A stretch of DNA of 64,000 bases from Diplonema japonicum (Eukaryota > Protista > Euglenozoa: Diplonemea): contig OZ025663.1 in assembly GCA_964019335.1 (NCBI GenBank), positions 434,001 to 498,000 of the forward strand, written 5' to 3'. Within the stretch, counting starts at the first letter, position 1; each line of letters starts with the position of its first letter. A program made the position numbers and the translations under genes. Below are positions 25,707-36,039 of this stretch, piece by piece. The notes beneath the pieces are model-generated. The model did no database searches, was not told the origin of the DNA, and worked only from the letters and a program-made list of their open reading frames with translations.

Positions 25707-26291
25707 ATGGCACTCCGACCAACCGCCATGAGGAGCATAAGCTATAACCAAATTATGGGTGCTAAATCCATGTACACTACAACTGCGAGAGTCCCTGGTG
25801 ACAAGTCTACAGATTACATGAACAGGGGTCAGATCACGAACAGACGGGTGAATTATTTCATGAAGAGACAGAGACCTTGGTGGAAACAGATGCCGAAATA
25901 TAAATTAAACAACAGCCAGTTGCAGTGGTTCGAGCCGCTGCCCTCCGCAAACTATCTTACATGGTATGCAAAAAAAAGGGGGGGGGGGAAACTTTTTTTC
26001 CCCAGGAAAGCAGACGGTATCTACACTGTACCCGCCCAGTCCATTATCACTCTAGAGCACGTTCTACATCTAAAAATGCTCCCTGTGAAGATGGTTGGCC
26101 GGACATTTTCCATGCCTCTTGTTAGGTGGCTAATTGGTGCCCATGTGAGACAGACAGTGGGAAGTGGGAAGATTAAGTATGTAGGGGAAAAAAAGGGGGA
26201 GGGTATTTTTTTTTTTTTTTAATTTTTTTTTTTCCTAAGGAATATCCCCGAGTACAAGCTGACAAAACCGAAGTACTGGGCCAAGAGTTAG
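25707..26291 (+). CDS. Basic ~159-aa protein with mitochondrial-presequence-like N-terminus (possible divergent mitoribosomal protein); introns 25964-26005, 26177-26239
   Basis: MALRPTAMRS start, Arg/Lys-rich. Two GTATG introns give ...YLTW/KADGIY... and ...KIK/NIPEYKLTKPKYWAKS*. The function is a guess. Confidence 0.65.
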
Positions 26292-26408
26292 AACGGAAAT
26301 TACGAAAGGATATTTTAGTGTTTTCTTTTTTTTTTTTTTTTTTTTTTTTTTGTTGATATTATTTTCTTCTCCCTATGTTTCACTGTCACAGACCCTTCCC
26401 TCCCTTCC

Positions 26409-27863
26409 ATGCACGTTGTGCGTGAAGAGCGTAGGAGAATACGATGCGAGCTCCGAATGGGGAGGAAGACGAACGCGTACGACCAGAGCATGCTCAAGAT
26501 GCAACGAACAAGGAAGAGGAAGACGCCCAAGGCCATCGAGCTTCGGCACCAACCCGTCGCTGCAGGGAAGATGATCTCCCGCTTCCAATACATGCCCGAC
26601 GAAACCGTGGAAATAGTGAAACGAAAGAAGGAGGAAAAAAAAGAACCCCCCACAGCCAAGAATACCGAAGAGGTAACACCAGAGCTCGATTTCTATGGTG
26701 CCCTGCGCCCCGCCCCAAAGACCCCCAACACCGCAGAAACAAGCCGCATTCTGAGAGTCCCTAAACATTACCACATATACTACAACCTTGACAAGCGTGA
26801 TCTCCACAGAGTCCAGAGTAAGTTCCCTACCCGTGCGCTGGTTGCCTCTTCTAAAGCACTGGTTGCCTTTAGCTCCGGTGCACGGCATAATGTCACGTCC
26901 GAAGTCCTCCCGTCACTGGAAGAAAGCCTCCCACTGCTGCCCGAGGAAGGGTGTGTGAGCTTGCGGAGATCATTTGAAGGGCCGTTCCTCCCACTGCTCA
27001 GCAGCAGCGAGATGGATGAGGACGACGTGCTTCTGCTGTCGAATGACTTTGCTGGGATCAAGCAGGTCATGGCAGGCATTACAAAGAGCGGGATCCCCGA
27101 AGTGGCGATTGAGGACTTCCACATCGAACAGTACTCGAAAGGCGAGCACGTCCCTTCTGAGCGAGGCAGCGACGACGGGTCCATGCACCACACGCGCAGC
27201 CTGCAGGGCGATGAGTTCGACGTGAACTGTACAATATGCAAAGACTACCTAGGCGGGGGTACACTTCGGCACGATTCGTGGAGGACTGTGATGGTGTCAT
27301 CGCGGTTGCAAAACTCGCAGCAGCTCGACAGGATATTAGACAGCAGAATGCGCACACGCCAGAATATGGTAAAGTCGCCCCACTATCTCGCAGAGCTCGG
27401 CAGGACAGCAGAGCAACAGGCAATGAGCTGGTATAACACACGGCACACGTCACCCCCGAGACGTGCACACCCCGATCAGGTGCCCAACATATGGGAGAAT
27501 GCGTCGACGGTGTGCAGGGAACGTGGCCTTCGTGCGCACTGCATAGTTCTGTACACAAGACTGCTGTGCTACTTGGAAACAATCAGCGCACAGCCGACTT
27601 ATGACCAACGTGAAGTTGTGCATGCTCTGCGGCGGCACCTGATAACCCGCAGTGTTGTGACACAGCACGCCTTCTTCGAGACGCTGTCGACACTAGGGCC
27701 GAAGGTCATCCACTCCAGAGACTGCATGAGAATCCTGCACTTCATACGCCTCGAGCTGAAGGTGTCGACAAACGCTTTGCTGAGATTTGTGAAACGCAAT
27801 CGGCACCTGGGATGGTCCGTACCCAGGGACTTGGCTGTCCTTGGCGAGAAGATAAATGGGTGA
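26409..27863 (+). CDS. Uncharacterised 484-aa protein
   Basis: Intronless ORF with coding-like composition, preceded by a polypyrimidine tract and AG. Confidence 0.75.
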   Translation: MHVVREERRRIRCELRMGRKTNAYDQSMLKMQRTRKRKTPKAIELRHQPVAAGKMISRFQYMPDETVEIVKRKKEEKKEPPTAKNTEEVTPELDFYGALRPAPKTPNTAETSRILRVPKHYHIYYNLDKRDLHRVQSKFPTRALVASSKALVAFSSGARHNVTSEVLPSLEESLPLLPEEGCVSLRRSFEGPFLPLLSSSEMDEDDVLLLSNDFAGIKQVMAGITKSGIPEVAIEDFHIEQYSKGEHVPSERGSDDGSMHHTRSLQGDEFDVNCTICKDYLGGGTLRHDSWRTVMVSSRLQNSQQLDRILDSRMRTRQNMVKSPHYLAELGRTAEQQAMSWYNTRHTSPPRRAHPDQVPNIWENASTVCRERGLRAHCIVLYTRLLCYLETISAQPTYDQREVVHALRRHLITRSVVTQHAFFETLSTLGPKVIHSRDCMRILHFIRLELKVSTNALLRFVKRNRHLGWSVPRDLAVLGEKING

Positions 27864-27995
27864 ACGGTGCTCTGTGGCCTTCCGGTCACAAAGCATAAAC
27901 TCACTCTTTTTTTTTTTTCTTTTTTTCTTCTTCTGTTTCAAATTCGCCATTTCATAAGAAGAAGGTGGACGACAAAAAAAAAAAGAGAAAATAAA

Positions 27996-28487
27996 ATGCC
28001 GCTTTCCACATCACAGATTAAGGAAACGTTCGGGCTGTTTGACGCCGATGGGAGCGGTGCGATCGACAAGGAGGAGCTTGCCCTGGCGTGCAAGGGCTTG
28101 GGGCTGTCATTGGACGCCACGCAAATAGATGAAATGCTGCAAAAGATCGACAAGGACGGGAACAGCATCATCGAGGTAGACGAGTTCGAGAAAATGATTC
28201 GCATAAAGGAAGGCGAGATGGACTCCACGTCTGAGGTGAAGAAAGCGTTCGATCTGTTTGGTGAAAACAGTCCCACGTTGACCGCTGAACACTTCGAGAG
28301 AGTCGCCCAGCAGATCGGCATCGAATTCGATGCGGAGAAAACCGCCCTGTTCATCAAGGTTTGTTACGTAAATAAAAATTAAAAAACTCTTTTCTAAAAG
28401 GAAGCCTCAAACGGCGCCGGCAGTGTCAACCTCAACCAATGGAACGTTGTACACGGCCTCCCTGAAGAGGAGCCCGAGGAGTACTAA
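27996..28487 (+). CDS. Centrin/calmodulin-like EF-hand protein (149 aa); intron 28359-28400
   Basis: QIKETFGLFDADGSGAIDKEEL and IDKDGNSIIEVDEF are canonical EF-hands; EF3 and EF4 are degenerate. Confidence 0.88.
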
Positions 28488-28780
28488 GTTTTTTATTTAA
28501 AAAAAAGAAAGAAAGAGTGTTATCCAAAAAAAAAAAAACCCCCCCTTTTTTTTTTCTTTCATTCCCTCGTTCAACGTTCTCCATGCGACCTTGTAACGGT
28601 GCCCATCCCCCATTTTATGTGTTTCCCCGCAAGCTCACCCCCCCTTTTTTTTTCCTTTTCCTGTATGAGTTTTTTTACCAATTTTTTTTTGTTCTCCTAC
28701 TCTCCCCGGCATTATCCAAAAAAAACAAAACAAAAGGGAAAGGGTCGTAAGGAAAAAAAAAAAAAAAAAGAAAGAAACCG

Positions 28781-31700
28781 ATGTCAACGAAGTGCAGGTT
28801 CTCGATCGACAGGGGTGGTACGTTCACAGACGTCTATGCCGACACGCCTAAAGGTGTGATGGTGATGAAGCTGTTGAGCGTCGACCCTGCGAACTACAAA
28901 GACGCACCGAGGGAAGGGATCAGGAGGATTCTGGAGAAGGTTTATGGCGAGAGTTGTGACAAGGATAAGGTGCCGACTGAAAACGTCGAGTGGATAAGGA
29001 TGGGCACAACGGTGGCGACCAACGCGCTGCTTGAGAGGAAGGGTGTCGAGACAGCACTGGCCATCACCTCCGGGCTGAAGGATCTCTTAAAGATCGGAAC
29101 CCAGGCAAGGCCTGAGATCTTCGACCTTTCTGTAACCATGCCCGAGCTTCTCTACACGAAGGTCATCGAAATCGATGAACGTGTTCGCCTGGTCCCTGAC
29201 ACCGAGCAAGAGGGCACCTTTATCACAGGCGCAAGTGGTGAGCGTGTCGAAGTTCTCCAAGAACCCAACCCCGACGCCATCCGTGCCCAGATCACCGATG
29301 TCTACAACTCAGGCATACGCTCCCTCGCCGTGGTTCTCATGCACTCCTACACATACAACAAGCATGAGCTGATGGTGCGCGACATCGCCAAGGAGGTTGG
29401 CATGTCTCTCGTCAGCGTCTCCAGTGAGCTGATGCCCATGATCAAGATCGTCCCTCGTGGGCTCACAACCTGCGTTGACGGATACCTCACGCCACTCATC
29501 ACCACGTACATCAACAGCTTCAAGTCCGGGTTTGCCAACAACTTGGAGGGCGTCGCTGTCAGCTTTATGCAGTCGGATGGTGGGCTGACCAACGCGGACA
29601 AATTCCATGGTTTCCGCGCCATCTTGTCTGGCCCCGCGGGCGGTGTTGTAGGGTATTCGCAAACGACGTGGGACACAGAAGACAAGAAGCCCGTCATCGG
29701 GTTCGACATGGGCGGTACATCGACAGACGTGTCTCGCTTCGGTGGCGAGTACGAGCACGTTTTCGAGACGAATACTGCTGGAGTCATTGTGCAGGCACCC
29801 CAGCTGGATATCACCACTGTTGCGGCAGGCGGAGGCAGCATCTGCTCCTTCACACAGGAAAGGTTCAAAGTTGGCCCGGAGTCCGCAGGAGCCCACCCTG
29901 GTCCCGTGTGCTACCGCAAGGGCGGGGAACTTGCTGTAACTGATGCAAACCTCGCCCTTGGGCGAATCATCCCAGACTTCTTCCCCAAGATCTTCGGTCC
30001 CAACGAGGACCTCCCGGTCGACAGGGAAGCGTCTTTGGCTGCCTTTAAGGAGGTTGCCGAGCGTGTCAACAAAGTCTCTGAGAACAAGCTCGGCGTCGAG
30101 GAGGTTGCGTACGGCTTCATCAAAGTAGCGAACGAAGCCATGTGCAGACCGATCAGGAGCCTTACCGAAGCAAAGGGCTTCAGCACGGCGGACCATGTGC
30201 TGTCTTGCTTCGGGGGTGCTGGTGGGCAACACGCATGTGCCATCGCGCGATCTTTAGGGATGGACACCGTGTTTGTGCACAGGTACTCAGGCATCCTGAG
30301 TGCCTTTGGGATCGGGCTTGCCGATGTGGTGGTGGATGAACAGAGTCCGGCACAGCAGGTATATACGAACGGTGCAAAAAACGTGGAGGAGAAGCTCGAA
30401 CAGCTGAGGGCGAGGTCTGCAAAGAAGCTAGCAGACGATGGGTTCGAGCCTGAGCAGGTCAGATTTGAGTTCTTTCTGAACCTCAGGTACGACAGGACAG
30501 GGACTGCAATCATGGTGAAAAGGCCAGCCGATGGGGACTACATCAAAGCCTTCGAGGCCAACTACAAAAGGGAGTACGGCTTCACGATTTCCGGCAGGTG
30601 TATCATGCTAGACGACGTGCGTGTCCGTGCCATTGGGAAATCTATGGCGCTATCTACAGAAACTATCCCGGAGGCCACAGCATCCCCTGTCCCTGTCTTA
30701 CATCACAAGACGTACTTCGAGTCAGGCTGGCTCGACACTCCTGTCTACCGCCTTGAGAACCTGCAGGCCAACCACTCTATCGCTGGGCCTGCCATCATCA
30801 TGCAGGGTGGGAGCACAATTCTCGTCGAACCTGGTTGCACAGCGCTCATCACCCCCCTGGGCGACATCAAGATCACAGTCAGTGTTGGGTCCTTTAAGAT
30901 CACCACAGAGCTTAACCATATCTCTCTCTCCATCTTTTCGCACCGCTTCATGAGCATTGCCGAGCAGATGGGTAGAGCTCTCCAAAGAACGTCCATCTCC
31001 ACGAACATAAAGGAGAGGCTAGACTTCTCGTGTGCTCTGTTTGGGCCGGACGGGGGTCTGGTGGCAAATGCGCCGCACATCCCTGTCCACCTTGGCGCGA
31101 TGGGGGCCATGGTTAGAAAACAGCGCGACATGCTTGGTGACGACTGGAAAGAGGGCGACGTTGTAGTCACGAACCACCCCTCTGTGGGCGGTTCACACCT
31201 GCCTGACATCACTGTCATTACACCAGTGTTCTCAGGTGGCAAGGCAGTGTTTTACGTGGCGTGCAGGGGGCACCACGCGGACATCGGCGGCACAACACCA
31301 GGTTCCATCCCGCCATTCTCCAAGAGATTAATCGAAGAAGGTGCTCATATCAAGAGCTTCAAACTCGTGAGCGGAGGTGTCTTCCAAGAGGAGGGCATCA
31401 CGGAGATTCTTATGGAACCCGGGAAACACGAGGGAATGTCTGGCACCAGGGCACTCAGTGACAACCTGGCTGACCTAAGGGCACAGGTGGCGGCGAACCA
31501 GAAAGGTATCAAGCTGATGCATGAGCTGATTGAGCAGTACGGGCTGGAGGTGGTGCAGGGCTACATGCAGTACGTACAGGACAACGCTGCAACAGCTGTG
31601 AAGCAGATGCTCCGTAAGATTGCAGAGAGGGAAGGGACTGTACTCACAGCGTGCGATAGCATGGACGACGGGACGGACATCAAGCTGAAGGTGACCATTG

Positions 31701-32509
31701 ACCCTGAGGTGCCGAGAGCGACCTTCGACTTCACAGGAACTGGAGCGCAGGTCTACGCGAACCACAACTGCCCCTCTGCTGTGGTTGCCTCTGCCATCAT
31801 CTACTGCTTGCGGTGCCTTGTCGACGAGGACATCCCTCTGAACCAGGGTTGCATGCACCCCATCGATATCGTGATCCAGGAAAACTCGCTGCTAGCACCG
31901 TCTGAGAAGTGTGCTGTTGTTGGTGGAAATGTGCTGACGTCACAACGTGTCACTGATGTGGTGTTGCAGGCGTTCAATGCTTGTGCAGACTCGCAAGGAG
32001 ACACAAACAATCTTACGTTTGGTGACGAGACCTTCGGGTACTACGAGACCATCTCCGGGGGTGCGGGTGCCGGGAGGGATTGGGACGGAACCAGCGGCGT
32101 GCACACGCATATGACGAACACGAGGATCACTGACGCGGAGATCTTCGAACGCCGGTACCCCGTGATGCTGTCGAGGTTCCACCTGAGGGAAGGGTCCGGT
32201 GGGAAAGGGAACCATGCTGGCGGCGAAGGGGTTCATCGTGAAATTATATTCCTAAAGAAGCTGACTGTGGGGATCCTGTCCGAACGGCGTGCGATCGCCC
32301 CCAATGGACGCCAGGGCGGTGGAAACGGCGTCCGCGGAAAGAACACGATCTTCGAAGTAACCCCCGAGAAGCTCGCCCCGAAGATCTGGGCAGGCCGCCA
32401 CAACGGCCAAGCACTCAACTTCGGAGCAAAGAACTCAATTGACGTAAATCGTGGCGATAGGCTACTCATCGAAACCCCCGGCGGTGGTGCTTGGGGTGCA
32501 AAGCAATAA
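28781..32509 (+). CDS. OPLAH: 5-oxoprolinase (ATP-hydrolysing; fused hydantoinase A/B)
   Basis: IDRGGTFTD, RMGTTVATNALLERKG, DMGGTSTDVS, NIKERLDFSCA, HTHMTNTRITD, ETPGGG motifs; 1242 aa, intronless. Confidence 0.97.
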   Translation: MSTKCRFSIDRGGTFTDVYADTPKGVMVMKLLSVDPANYKDAPREGIRRILEKVYGESCDKDKVPTENVEWIRMGTTVATNALLERKGVETALAITSGLKDLLKIGTQARPEIFDLSVTMPELLYTKVIEIDERVRLVPDTEQEGTFITGASGERVEVLQEPNPDAIRAQITDVYNSGIRSLAVVLMHSYTYNKHELMVRDIAKEVGMSLVSVSSELMPMIKIVPRGLTTCVDGYLTPLITTYINSFKSGFANNLEGVAVSFMQSDGGLTNADKFHGFRAILSGPAGGVVGYSQTTWDTEDKKPVIGFDMGGTSTDVSRFGGEYEHVFETNTAGVIVQAPQLDITTVAAGGGSICSFTQERFKVGPESAGAHPGPVCYRKGGELAVTDANLALGRIIPDFFPKIFGPNEDLPVDREASLAAFKEVAERVNKVSENKLGVEEVAYGFIKVANEAMCRPIRSLTEAKGFSTADHVLSCFGGAGGQHACAIARSLGMDTVFVHRYSGILSAFGIGLADVVVDEQSPAQQVYTNGAKNVEEKLEQLRARSAKKLADDGFEPEQVRFEFFLNLRYDRTGTAIMVKRPADGDYIKAFEANYKREYGFTISGRCIMLDDVRVRAIGKSMALSTETIPEATASPVPVLHHKTYFESGWLDTPVYRLENLQANHSIAGPAIIMQGGSTILVEPGCTALITPLGDIKITVSVGSFKITTELNHISLSIFSHRFMSIAEQMGRALQRTSISTNIKERLDFSCALFGPDGGLVANAPHIPVHLGAMGAMVRKQRDMLGDDWKEGDVVVTNHPSVGGSHLPDITVITPVFSGGKAVFYVACRGHHADIGGTTPGSIPPFSKRLIEEGAHIKSFKLVSGGVFQEEGITEILMEPGKHEGMSGTRALSDNLADLRAQVAANQKGIKLMHELIEQYGLEVVQGYMQYVQDNAATAVKQMLRKIAEREGTVLTACDSMDDGTDIKLKVTIDPEVPRATFDFTGTGAQVYANHNCPSAVVASAIIYCLRCLVDEDIPLNQGCMHPIDIVIQENSLLAPSEKCAVVGGNVLTSQRVTDVVLQAFNACADSQGDTNNLTFGDETFGYYETISGGAGAGRDWDGTSGVHTHMTNTRITDAEIFERRYPVMLSRFHLREGSGGKGNHAGGEGVHREIIFLKKLTVGILSERRAIAPNGRQGGGNGVRGKNTIFEVTPEKLAPKIWAGRHNGQALNFGAKNSIDVNRGDRLLIETPGGGAWGAKQ

Positions 32510-32525
32510 GCTCGACAGAGAGCTC

Positions 32526-32725
32526 NNNNNNNNNNNNNNNNNNNNNNNNNNNNNNNNNNNNNNNNNNNNNNNNNNNNNNNNNNNNNNNNNNNNNNNNNNN
32601 NNNNNNNNNNNNNNNNNNNNNNNNNNNNNNNNNNNNNNNNNNNNNNNNNNNNNNNNNNNNNNNNNNNNNNNNNNNNNNNNNNNNNNNNNNNNNNNNNNNN
32701 NNNNNNNNNNNNNNNNNNNNNNNNN
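32526..32725. other. Assembly gap (200 N)
   Basis: Run of N. The true length and the adjacency across it are unknown. Confidence 0.99.
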
Positions 32726-35211
32726 GGGAAGAGAGACCCAAGCCCTGCACATGGGAGAAGCTCAGTGAGTGATAGTGAAGGAAGAAACACGCCTACCGGT
32801 GAGAAGAAAAGGGTAATGAAGAAAAAGAGAGACGAGTTGAAGGCGAACGCGACGACAACCGGTGCATCGCCAATGACGCCTGAAGACAAACGGCGGAAGA
32901 AGAAGGTTGTCACGCCTGTTAAGAAGCCTGAGTTCCGGAAGACGATGTCGCTTCGCTCCCCTTCGTCCCCGGCGTCTCCCAGCCGGCGGCTGCTCTCTGG
33001 CTCCCAGACGCCCCGCGGCAATGCAACTTCATCTCCCTCTCCGAGAAAGGATAAGCTCAACAGCCCCACAGCGCGTGAAGCCTTCAAAAGAACCGCCACC
33101 CTACCCGTCCACAGCAACGCAGCACGTGCAAATGCAGCATCGCCCATTGCACCCCAACGGCTGAGAGGCAACAGCACCATCGTCGCCCCGCAAACACGTC
33201 TCGATGAAGGCCTCCCATTAGGGATCCCAACAGGACTTCTTCCTGCAGCGGACATGCCGCCTCGCGATGTGCTGATGGACACTTTCAAACGGAAAGCTAT
33301 GCTTCTTAAGATCTGCCAGGAGCTTGAGGACAGTCTCCCACACCACCTGAAAACCATTGACGTCAGCGAGGAAGGGAAGCGAAAGGCCGTGAGAAAGAAA
33401 AAAGGCCCCGAGGAGAACGCGAAGGAAGACGAACGCAAGCCTGTGACGTCCAAGTTCCTACGAAAGATATTAATCCTATTCTACGCGTCTCGCAACGAAG
33501 CAGAAGAGTGCAGATGCAGGCTGGAGAGGGCAGTGCACGAAGGAATCGTGTTAAAAGAATGGCCACCGTCCATCACATGCATGCACGCCTCGTACAACAT
33601 CATCGATGCTTTGGTTCGGATAGGGCACAGAAGGGTCCTTAAGGTACTGTTCGGCACCTTGTACTGGCATATTCTTGATGTGTTGGAGTGGCCCCCGCAG
33701 CCCTTTGGTGGAAAGGTGCGCATCCCGCACCGAACAAAGGTAAAGGCAATGCAGCTTCCTGATTCTACGGTGGTGCCACAGTCACAGATAGAAGACATCA
33801 TAAAGCTGCACCGAGTGATGTATGTACAAAACAGCTGCTTGGTTCGTGCTTGCGACTCGATCACATATCTTGCTTTGTACGAGTTTATCGAAGCGGAAAA
33901 GCTGCGCATGATTCGTGGCATCATCGACTCCGGCTACACCGACGACAGGGACCCCTCCTTCCTCGTGAGGTGGGTGAAGCAGTGGACGCTGGCCCCTACC
34001 TCCGCCAGACGTAACGAGCTGCTCGCATCACTTATGGCCGTCACAACTGGCGTCTGGGAACACGACCTTACTATCCCGTTCACGAAAAAGCTGCAATCCC
34101 TCGGCATTGTTGACATCCTCATCAATGTGGTGTGTACCTTTCATTTGATTTCCCACCCTTTTTTTTCCCGTTTCGTATCTCATAACCCGCAGCTCACTAT
34201 ACCGTCTCTCGCATCAGGTGCTGCTGAAGTACTAGGTGTTCTTGCTTCTGACCCCAGCGCACAGAAGGTACTCAAAAAAGGGGGGTAAATTGGGTTTTGA
34301 TTTCATTTGCTTTCTACAGGATCTCCGGCAAATATTTCTCGGGGTCACACACCAGCAGAGGGTGGTGGCGTGGAAGAAGTTTATCAAAGCTACAATGGGC
34401 GAGGGCAGCAAAGGCATTAGGGAATTGGTATGGTGCAAAAAAAAAAAAAAAAAAAAAAAAAAAAGCACACACTATTCAGGTCCAGGTGATCCTAACCAGT
34501 ACGGACGACATGTGGGATGTGATGATGTATCTGCAGGCGCTGGAGGAACTGTCCGGTGATGGGTTTCTGCAGACAGATGCGGAAGGCGTGCGTAACTTCT
34601 GCGACAGTTTGAACCTGTTGTTGCTGCCTTTGGGACGGGTGTTTAAGGAAGCGTTTGCGGGGAACATTGCAGCGATGGTGGTGAGTGAACTGGCAGGGTG
34701 GGTGAAAGGTGTGTACAGGTTGGAATGGGCTCCCACGGTGGCATCCGTTTTACGGACGATGACATTGTTGCTGCGGGTGCCTTGCAGGGAAGCCGCCATG
34801 GCCATGAAGAAGCTCCGAGTGTTTGAAAACCTTGTTGGGTTCATTCCTAAGAAGGACTGTCTTACCAGAGCTGCGGCGCTGTCTCTCAGCAGGGCTGTCT
34901 GGTGGCGGGCCGATAGTAGCGCCTCCAGTCCTTCCTATCAAACCGAACTCCCTGACTCCTTAGACATGGGCTGCTACACTGCTAATGACAACGACATCCG
35001 CACTACCTTGCAACTCCCCGCAACAAAATTTCTTGTCAAGATAGGACTGAACAACGTGCTCCAAAACGTAATGAATGGAGAAAACACCCTTTGTGCCTCT
35101 ATGCACTCCAAGGTATTTGTGTGTCAAAAGAGGGCAGAGGGGGAAAAAAAAAAAAAAAACCTACAGCCCGGAGTCCGCTGCTTCTTCAATCTTCGTACGC
35201 ACTTCGAATAG
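32726..35211 (+). CDS. Uncharacterised protein, probably 5'-partial, with low-complexity N-terminus and helical (ARM-like) C-terminal half; introns 34130-34192, 34268-34319, 34428-34479, 35113-35166
   Basis: The frame is open from the gap edge. GT-AG introns link ORF fragments 32765..34288, 34236..34559 and 34297..35211 in phase. Confidence 0.7.
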
Positions 35212-35399
35212 ATTTTTTTATGTTTGCTCCCCTTAAGAAGCAAACGAAAGAATGAACGAATTTCTCTTTCCTGCGAGATTTTTTTTTTAGACCACATGAG
35301 AAAAACCCTTTCCAAAAAAGAAGAAAAGATGTCAATTGTTTAGCGTTGTGCACCCTATGTTCAGTTTTAGTATTTCTTCATTTTTTTTTTAAAAAAAAA

Positions 35400-35471
35400 G
35401 GGCTCAGCAGGGAATCGAACCCTGGACCTCTCGCACCCAAAGCGAGAATCATGCCACTAGACCACTAAGCC
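35400..35471 (-). tRNA. trnP-UGG: tRNA-Pro (anticodon UGG)
   Basis: GGCTTAGTGGTCTAGTGGCATGATTCTCGCTTTGGGTGCGAGAGGTCCAGGGTTCGATTCCCTGCTGAGCCC. It has a 7-bp acceptor stem, CTCGC/GCGAG anticodon stem and GTTCGATTC B box, and is followed at once by a T9 Pol III terminator. Confidence 0.98.
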
Positions 35472-35486
35472 TTTGTTTTTTTTTTG
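35467..35486 (-). repeat. 20-bp direct repeat copy 1 (putative target-site duplication overlapping tRNA nt 1-5)
   Basis: AAGCCTTTGTTTTTTTTTTG is identical to 40984-41003. Confidence 0.85.
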
Positions 35487-36002
35487 CTAATAAATGAACC
35501 ACTGACGTGCGAAGCAAAGGCTGGGGGGGGGGGACAGAACAGGTGGACCAAGGGTCTCCCTGTATCTAACGAAAGGGGGAAAGGAATGTGATAACCTTGA
35601 AACTTCCGCTAAACTATCCATACGTACCGAGGACGGAGGTGGGGCCGGTTCGTGGGCTCCAGTGTTCGCGACTTCGCCCACCTCCGTGACCCCGGCAGCT
35701 CTCCAGCCCGCTTCCCAAGCCAGCACCCTTCGGGCGAACCTCCGGGTTTTTGAGGAGTGGGGTACCTCGTCCGTGCTCGCCCTCACGAGCGGCACACTGG
35801 CACGGAGGCATCCCCTTCAGCCAGCTTTGTTGGGCGGCGGAGCCTTAGAAAATTCAAAACAAAGGGAAATGATACGGGGGGATGTGTGAAGGGGCGGGGA
35901 AAGGTGAAGACAGAAGTTGGGGTGCACGACAGGGTAATAATGGGAAACACAGGGGGAGGGGGAGAGGGTTCACTAGTACTTTTTGGTTCACTTTTTTCTG
36001 TT

Positions 36003-36004
<2 letters not shown>
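35487..36004 (-). mobile_element. Short retroposon / LINE 3'-UTR fragment E1
   Basis: On the - strand it ends CAGTGGTTCATTTATTAG-C(A)10 directly at the tRNA flank. It shares the 3' signature CAGTGGTT and an internal GGGCGAACC block (+ strand) with E4. 11-bp hairpin at 35633-35687. Confidence 0.6.

Positions 36005-36039
<35 letters not shown>

Noticed and set aside
25707-26291. Naming this gene uS19m
   Set aside because: Only a faint resemblance (VKMVGRTF versus the uS19 MVGHKLGEF motif), which is insufficient without a profile search.
32233-33453. ORFs spanning the N run
   Set aside because: Artefacts of translating across the assembly gap.
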